Part shown: positions 56,101 through 64,000 of the stretch, in pieces
Layout: each line of letters begins with the position of its first letter
How positions within the stretch are numbered: position 1 is the stretch's first letter
Notes under the pieces: generated by a model
Databases searched by the model: none
What the model was told of the DNA's origin: nothing
The model's input: only the letters and a program-made list of their open reading frames with translations
Made by a program: the position numbers and the translations under genes
From: Eledone cirrhosa
Lineage: Eukaryota
Direction of reading: 5' to 3'
DNA: 64,000 nt
Assembly (NCBI GenBank): GCA_964016885.1
Contig: OZ024740.1
Coordinates: 269,762,001-269,826,000 of the forward strand

Positions 56101-57224
56101 GTATGGGGGAAAGGGGGGGTTTGGAGAAGGGGATCATAGTAAATATATGTTTCAAGAAACATAGAATATTTTCCGTATCTTGATCCAATGTATGTTTTTA
56201 CATAGTTTCAGTGTTAGGAAATACAATAAACAAGAATTAAGGCAAAATCTATGCATCTCAAAATAAACAAGTATACCATTAATTATATGTTAACTAAACC
56301 AAAGATAGTTAACATATTGATTTCTAAGGTGTAAATTAGTTAGGTTTATAATATTTGAAGCAGAATTTTGAAGTTAAATAGTAGTAGAGTATTAATTATA
56401 GTATAACTAAATTAAAGTTAATAACGTTATGGTATCAATATTAGGAAATGAATTTAGTAATAGGGAAAAAACAAATAAAGTATTACATCGGTAGTAGAAT
56501 ATAAATTATAGGTTAACTAAATTAAAAATTATATATTTATTTCTATAGTATATGTTAATTAGGTATATAATAAATAAAACAGATATTGTATTTTATCAAT
56601 AGCAGAATATAATTATATGCAAATAGAAATCAAAATCAATACATATACATATACATATACATACACATACACATATACATATACATACACATATATATAT
56701 ATATATACATATATACATATATACATACACACACACATACACATACACATATACATATACATATTTTTTTCAAAAAATTGCATAGAATATATTAACTAGG
56801 TATATATCCAAAACACATCCCATTCTATGATTACATGACATTCTGCAATTCGTCTGTATAAGGATACTAATTTTAAGCAAATTAAATTAAATTTTTAGGT
56901 TGATTAAAATTAAAACCAAATTATAAATATATTTCTAAAATGTATATTAATTAGGTCTATAATACTAAAAATTATTTCTCTGTCATTGGATACACGATAT
57001 TATTATGTTATATTTTATCTGTAAAAGAATTATAATAAAAGGTTTAAATAAATTAAAATTAATCTATAAATTAAATTACTAAGTATATATTAGTAATATT
57101 TAAAGGTTTATCACAATTTATGATTACATAATATTTTATATTCTCATCTGTAATAAAATTTTAATTAAATTAAATTTATAGGTTAACTAACATTTAAATT
57201 AAATTAATCTCTAAAATAATGTTA

Positions 57225-58170
57225 TTAATTAGGTTTATAATATTTAAATGTTTTTTTTAGTTTATGATTACACGATATAATTAATTCCTGTCGTTTATTT
57301 AATAAGATATCCTTAGACTTCATTATTTCAAATAGTTCTTGGGAACATAATCTACATTCATTTCTATTATTTTGATAAGGGGTGGCTCTTTTGAGCACAC
57401 TCCAGGTCAAATCATATTCTATATTCTTATTTTTATAACTATTGATTTTTTCTGCTAGAGATGTTGTATTAGCCAGTGCGGCATTTTTAAAACTATGCTT
57501 GTGGGTATTAAACCTTGTCTTAAAATTGTTAGAGGTAGCTCCTATATATGAGCAAATAGAATCTTTAGTTTTAACATTACATTTATAGACTATGTTGTTA
57601 ACAAGACAATTCCCTTTTAATGGGCAGTTTGCTTTGTTTCTACAGTTACATCCTTTCGTTAATTCTGTATTTGAGGAGATATTATGGTTAATTTGATGTA
57701 CTGGTGGTATACTTATGGTTTTCTTACATTTATATGCATTATAGGCACTTATATTTTGTTTTATGTTATTTGTTGTAGAGTATGAGAATTTAACTGTAGA
57801 CCTATTTAAGATTTGATGGTATTTGTGGTTTGGCGGGAAGTTTTTCTCAAGGATATAAAAAAATTTTTTAGCAATATTATCCTTAACTTGTAAATTAAAT
57901 GGAGCATTATACCAAGTAACCCGTCTATTACGGTTTCTATGTTGTTTATTATTTTTATTATTTTTATAGGTTGTATCGTGATTTTTACTAGGAGGATTAA
58001 TGTTAATGATCTCACCACAACCATTTTTAGTTATATTTGTAGATTTAGGTGTTTTAACCTTTTTATTAGGAGTTTTATTATTAATATTTATTAGAGTTGT
58101 ATGATGAGTAGTTTTTTGAGAGTTACTATACTTTATATTAGTGAATTTTTCATTACATATATAGACACCT
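57225..58170 (-). mobile_element. Naiad/Neptune-type Penelope-like linker plus GIY-YIG endonuclease, stop-free but lacking a start codon
   Basis: Manual translation: VTWYNAPFNLQVKDNIAKKF..NFPPNHKY..ILNRSTVKFSYS..GCNCRNKANCPLKGNCLVNNIVYKC..SYIGATSNNFKTRFNTHKHSF..CRLCSQE..LLNKRQE..CNH. Confidence 0.88.
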
Positions 58171-58309
58171 ACCTACATATATAATTTTTCATTACATATA
58201 AGTGAATATAAGTGAATTTTTCATTACATCTCTTCTTTCCATGATATCCGGAATACATTGAGTTCTTCATACGGATTGGACACTACCGTAAACTCTTGGT
58301 AGATTTATT

Positions 58310-58334
58310 TACATATATATATATATATATATAT

Positions 58335-58378
<44 letters not shown>

Positions 58379-58430
58379 ATATATATATATATATATATAT
58401 ATTGATATATATATATATATATATATATAT

Positions 58431-58468
<38 letters not shown>

Positions 58469-58514
58469 ATATATATATATATATATATATATATATTGAT
58501 ATATATATATATAT

Positions 58515-58554
<40 letters not shown>

Positions 58555-58582
58555 ATATGTATATATATATATATATATATCG

Positions 58583-58614
<32 letters not shown>

Positions 58615-58662
58615 TGATATGTATATATATATATATTGATATATATATATATATATATATAT

Positions 58663-58696
<34 letters not shown>

Positions 58697-58776
58697 ATAT
58701 ATATATATATATATATATTGATATGTATATATATATATATATATATTGATATGTATATATATATATATATATATTG

Positions 58777-58820
<44 letters not shown>

Positions 58821-58885
58821 ATATATATATATATATATTGATATATATATATATATATATTGATATATATATATATATATATATA
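58310..58885. repeat. (TA)n microsatellite punctuated by TTGA
   Basis: Direct inspection. Confidence 0.95.
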
Positions 58886-59385
58886 GAGGGTCAGACGCCA
58901 TGCTTTCCAGCATAGTTACGTCCCTTTACGATCTGAGTTCAAATCCCGCCGAGGTTGACCTTGCCTTTCATCCTTACGGGGTCGATAAAATAAAGTACCA
59001 GTAATGCACTGGGTTATTGCTGGCCTTGTGCCTAAAGTAGAAACAATTATTTTAGTAATACACTGGGATAATTGCTGGCCTTGTGCCAAAAGTAGAAACA
59101 ATTATTTTAGTGGATTGGCAGTATCGGTAGAGGGTCGGACGCTATGCTTTGATGCATAGAGTTACGGCCCTTGCCATACTGGTTAATTTCTGGCCTTGTG
59201 CCAATAGTAGAAACAATTATTTTAGTAATACACTGGGATAATTGCTGGCCTTAGAAACAATTATTTTATATAATCGGTGGATTGGCAATATCAGTAGAGG
59301 GTCGGATGCCATGCTTTGACGCCAAGAGTTACGTCCCTTTACGATCTGAGTTCAAATCCCGCCGAGGTTAAAAGTAGAAACAATT
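58885..59385 (+). mobile_element. Cluster of SINE family 1 copies and fragments
   Basis: Consensus matches. Confidence 0.8.
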
Positions 59386-59399
59386 ATTTTATATATTTT

Positions 59400-60190
59400 C
59401 TCCAATAGAGACAGATTTGATTTCTAACATGGGAACGAGACTCTTTCATTGGCATTTAGACAATATCAACTGCGTAAATAGCTCTATATATGTCTGTATG
59501 GGGTTTTGTGCGAGGGTGTGATGATATGGAAATGTTGCTGCATGCATGAAACTGTATGTTTTAAATTATATGTGTACTCGTGATTATATTTCTGTATCTA
59601 TACATGTGTATATGCAATTATTTCATGTTTGAATTTCTCAAATGTTTTACCTATTTTTACATTTCCATTATTGGGTTGTATTTGAAACTTGCGTCTGTAA
59701 CTGGTGCATTCGTATCCTGCAATTTTACCTCTCACATTCTCATTAATGTGGTTGCATCTTGCTTGAACTATTTTTCCACAACCCATAATTTTCCCCGGAA
59801 GGAATCTATGTCATTCTAGGATGGGGTCTTAGTGATATTTATTGATTTGCTCCTCATATCTCTATAGACTGATGCTTAATTTCGACTGTACTTTTTTTTT
59901 TTATTAACTTTCTTTTCAGCCACTCAAATCAGATATTGGAGTTTGTTGCAGTCAACCTTACATTCTTTTTTTGAGGATGATCAACATGTATTGAAGAATT
60001 CTGCTTGTACTGTCTCCAAACATTATTTCTATTTCGTTCTGCCTTCTTTCTTGGTGAGGAGAATAGATTTTTGTTTTTGTTTACATGTGATAACGATTGT
60101 TACATGGCCTATAGCTTTTCGTAAGTCAGTCTTCTTGTCTTCGATTTTTGAAGTATATGATGGCATTTTATTGTTTCGTTTCGGTTAACA
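59400..60190 (-). mobile_element. Decayed R4/Dong-like 3' fragment
   Basis: RKFQIQ..GNVKIGKTFEKF matches the C-termini at 24050 and 62320; 3' UTR resembles 62120-62200. Confidence 0.6.
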
Positions 60191-60589
60191 TGCTTTGAAA
60201 CACAAAGATAATGCTTTACAATCGATGCTAAGGTTTATAGACAAACGTTAATTTGCCAAAATGTAGAGGCTTTTATTCGGCGTAAATTCTGCGTGGATAG
60301 CACGCAGAATTTCCATATTAAGATTTTTGTTTAATATTATGATTATATTTTTCTTCTCGTGCGTATGTTTTATACATATATTAAACTGTTTTTGTAACAA
60401 TGCACTAAGGATACCTTTTAACTGTTTGTACTTTACACGTTTCCACCTAATGGTATTATCACTGACGGTATTTTGATGTTGATAAGGCAACGTGATAGCG
60501 ACATACTCTAACGATCGAGGTAAAATTTGTTGTGACACGTGGTGTCAAATATTTCACCGACAGGGCTGTTTCAAGAGACTGATTGGCTA

Positions 60590-61485
60590 TTATTTGGCAG
60601 TATCGGTAGAGGGTCGGACGCCATGCTTTCCAGTATAGAGGTATGTCCCTATATGGTCTGAGTTCAAATCCCGCCGAGGTTAACTTTGCCTTTCATCCTT
60701 ACGGAGTCGATAAAATAAAGTACCAGTAATGCACTGGATTAATAGTAGAAACAATTATTTGTTGAGGGTAGGGCAGCGGATTGGCAGTATCGGTAGAGCG
60801 TCGGACATCATGCTTCGCACCTTTACGTTCTGAGTTCAAATCCCGCCGAGGTTAACTTCGCCTTTCATCCTTACGGGATCGATAAAATAAAGTACCAGTA
60901 ATGTACTGAGTAATTGCTGGCCTTGTGCCAAAAGTAGAAACAATTATTTGTTGAGGGTACCAGTCACGCACTGGGGCGATTTAATCGACTTTCCCCTCCC
61001 CAAAAAATTGCTGGCCTTGTGCCTGAATAAGAAACCATTATTTTATATATAAGGGGCAGTGGATTGGCAGTATCGTAGAGCGTCTGACGCCATTCTTTGC
61101 AGCATAGAGTTACGGCCCTTTATGATCTGTGTTCAAATCCTGCCGAGGTTAACTTTGCCTTTCATCTTTACGGGGTCGATAAAATAAAGCACCAGTAACG
61201 TACTGGGGTCAATTCAATCGACTTTCTCCTCTCCCCAAATTACTGGCATTGTGCATATACTAGAAATTATTATTTGTTGAGGGTGAAGTGAATTTGTTGG
61301 CGGTGAATTGGCAGTATCGGTAGAGGGTTGGACGCCATTCTTTCTAGCATAGTTACGTCCCTTTACAGTCTGAGTTCAAATCCCGATGAGGTTAACTTTG
61401 CCTTTCATCCTTACGGGGTCGATAAAATAAAGTACCAGTAATGTACTGGGTAATTGCTGGCCTTGTGCCTAAAGTAGAAACAATT
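60590..61485 (+). mobile_element. Cluster of about four SINE family 1 copies
   Basis: Consensus matches. Confidence 0.85.
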
Positions 61486-62089
61486 AATTGTTATCGGTGG
61501 TTGGCATGGCTACGAGGAAACGTTGTAGCAGAGGAGCTGGTTGTGGAACGAATTGATTGCATATCTGATCTAGGATAATGCTCACTTAGTATTGTTATTT
61601 GTAGGTATTTCACACTTTTGGACATGGAACTACATTAATATTGTTTTGAATTGTCTATGTTTCTTTCCCATTTGTTAAACTTTGAATGATAGTGCAATTG
61701 TTTGGCTCTGAAATAAGTTTGCTTGGTAAATTTAGTACCAATGCAGCTTCATTCTGTTCATTCTGCCCTTTATAGTTTCAGTTCTTCCTGAAACTTAAAC
61801 AGAAAAGATTCTATTTACCTTTCTCATTGTTGTTTTTATTTGATTATTCACTACTCTTATTGATGTTGATGTTGCCGTGTTCAGCCATGTTGTTTGTTGC
61901 AAATTCGTGTAAGTTGAATGCCATTTTGAGACAAATATATCTACGATTTCAAATAAAAGCTATCTTCAATGAATATCATCAGAAGAATAACCATTTATTC
62001 AACATGGCAGGAAATTGTGGCATTACTGAATAGTCTCCCACACTATATGTGGGAGGGCTCGCGCTGAAGATAGTATGTATGTATGTATA

Positions 62090-63445
62090 TTCTTCTGGTT
62101 TTATAATTTTATGAATTTTTTAGCAATAGAGAGAGAGTCGTATTCTAACATAGACACAAGTCTCTTTCAATGGAATTTACACAACATCAACTAGTGTATG
62201 CATGCATGTCTGTGCAGGTATGGTTGTTATTGTTTGTGTGGATGTGGATGTTTTGAGTTATATGTGTGCATGTGCATATGCTTTGTATCTGTACAAGTGT
62301 ATATGCAGTTATTAGATGCAGAATTTGTGGAATGTTTTACATGATTTTTACTGTTCCATTAATAGATTGTCCCTGTAATTTCCTAACTAGTTGTGCTCTT
62401 TCTGTTCCTGTGAAGCCTAGCTTCTCAAGAATTGTAGTGAGAACTTGCTGACATATCCCAGTGCCCCAATAATCACAGGTATGAATCTGAAGTTATAAAC
62501 AGTGTGGAGTATCTGCAGGTTTCTCATTAGTTCTGCATTGATATTCTCCTTTTCGCTAATCTCTAATTTTATATTGGCATCTGCTGGACAGCTAATTTCC
62601 ATTACTGTGCATGCCTTATTTTCCCTGTCCCATATCATTATATCTGGTCTGTTATCTTTGCATTTTATTGGGGTTTTGACTGGAACATTCCACCAGTACG
62701 CTTTCATATTATGTATGTGTATGTCTTCCACATTACTGTAGCTGTTAATGTGTTTATTGTTGGGGTAATCTTTTCTACTGATTGCATTGTACAGTGTTTG
62801 GTCACTACATCAAGCCTCATGGGTACATAGTTTACGTGATGACATCTTTGGACAGCTGCTTATGACATGGGTGACATCTTCGATGTTAATTCTGCAGAGT
62901 ATGTATTTATTGTCACATCTAGGTGTTCTGCCTGCATCCCTGTCTCTTTTGTGAAGCAGGTATTTTCTGTTGATTTCCTGTTCTTGGATTGCAAAAGCGT
63001 ATCCTTTAAAGTGAGAGCCAAACTAGCGGTTGTTAGTCCAAGATAGACTACTTTGCTTATCTATATTACTCTCACTATGGAGCTTGCTGCCAACATATCC
63101 ATGATTTTTTGCTGATAAGCATGCATTTCTTTCATCCATGGATTCGCTGGGGCATTGCTGGGTAATTTTCTGTGTGTGAGATTTTGATTACCATGCATGG
63201 AGTATCTTTCAAGGATTTTCTTCCCAACTCTCATCATCTTATCTGTCTCATGCAGACAGACTTGCTCAATAGATGGACCCTTACACTTGGTGGTTCGTAA
63301 ATGTTGTCAGAAGGATATGATGCGACACTCAAATGATGCCTTGACTGATGTTATCCCCCCGCCTCTCTGTTTATGTTTCAAGTAGAGCCGGTCTGTATCA
63401 CTGTCGATGTGGAAGTTTCTGGTGTTCTTTAGGATGTTTCGTGTT
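62090..63445 (-). mobile_element. R4/Dong-like retrotransposon 3' fragment
   Basis: WWNVPV..NRPDIMIWD..VMEISCP..EKEN..FIPVIIGALG; FAIQEQEI and HVISSCP remnants; flanked by (TATG)n. Confidence 0.85.
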
Positions 63446-63471
63446 TTAACATATGTATGTATGTATGTATG

Positions 63472-63505
<34 letters not shown>

Positions 63506-64000
63506 TGTGTGTAATTATGTGTATGTGAGTTTGCATGTGCGTGTTGAAAACGATTCCGACTTTATTATTCCCGAGGAAAGTAATTACGTTAGGAAGGCAA
63601 ACATGTTCAGCGTGGACCCACATACTTTCATTCGCATAAGTGGCTCATGCATTCTGTTCATCAAATATTATGATAAGTGTAGGCTTGGCGTAAGTGTAAG
63701 TGTGGATCAAGAAACTAAAGTTCAATCATAGCAGGGAAAGTATCCAACGAAGACAAACACAAAATGAAAGTGATGCTGACTGTTTTGTTCAAATCCTGAA
63801 TAAACTTAAATATGAAGACATAGATTATTCACTAACCTCGTCAATAGATCGATCCGCTCGTCTCTATTTGGGAGGAACGGGAATACAATGTATCTATTAT
63901 GAAGAATTTGCAAATGATTACAAACGGAACTTCTATAATTAATAAAAATGTGAAATACTAGTACACATACTTTTAATAAATCAGTCATGAAATCGATAAA

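Noticed and set aside
63540-63942. Short complex-looking ORFs near the window end (also 50043-50228)
   Set aside because: No recognisable domain or convincing splice structure; cannot be supported as CDS.

Overview
AT-rich eukaryotic intergenic/intronic DNA, very dense in microsatellites and retroelements. The repeat repertoire looks like an octopus/cephalopod genome (inference). No host protein-coding gene can be identified with confidence. Recognisable elements: one near full-length Tx1/L1-clade LINE (14.3-20.3 kb) with two deleted relatives; four R4/Dong-like restriction-endonuclease retrotransposon fragments; an Ingi/Vingi-like LINE; several Penelope-like elements (GIY-YIG fragments, pLTR-type minimal hammerhead motifs, inverted repeats); a non-autonomous Helitron; a mariner MITE; many tRNA-derived SINEs, including a ~171-bp tandem array. 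The most striking observation is a non-coding, pyrimidine-rich 0.5-0.6 kb repeat family (20.5, 31.0 and 51.3-52.8 kb). It carries a ~100-nt motif with the hammerhead catalytic strands (NUH, GAAA, CUGAUGA) in an order that is not a circular permutation of types I/II/III. Six helices covary between divergent copies and a kink-turn consensus is conserved. This is a candidate new double-pseudoknotted hammerhead architecture on a retrozyme-like tandem element. It is read by eye from sequence; activity and novelty are untested.
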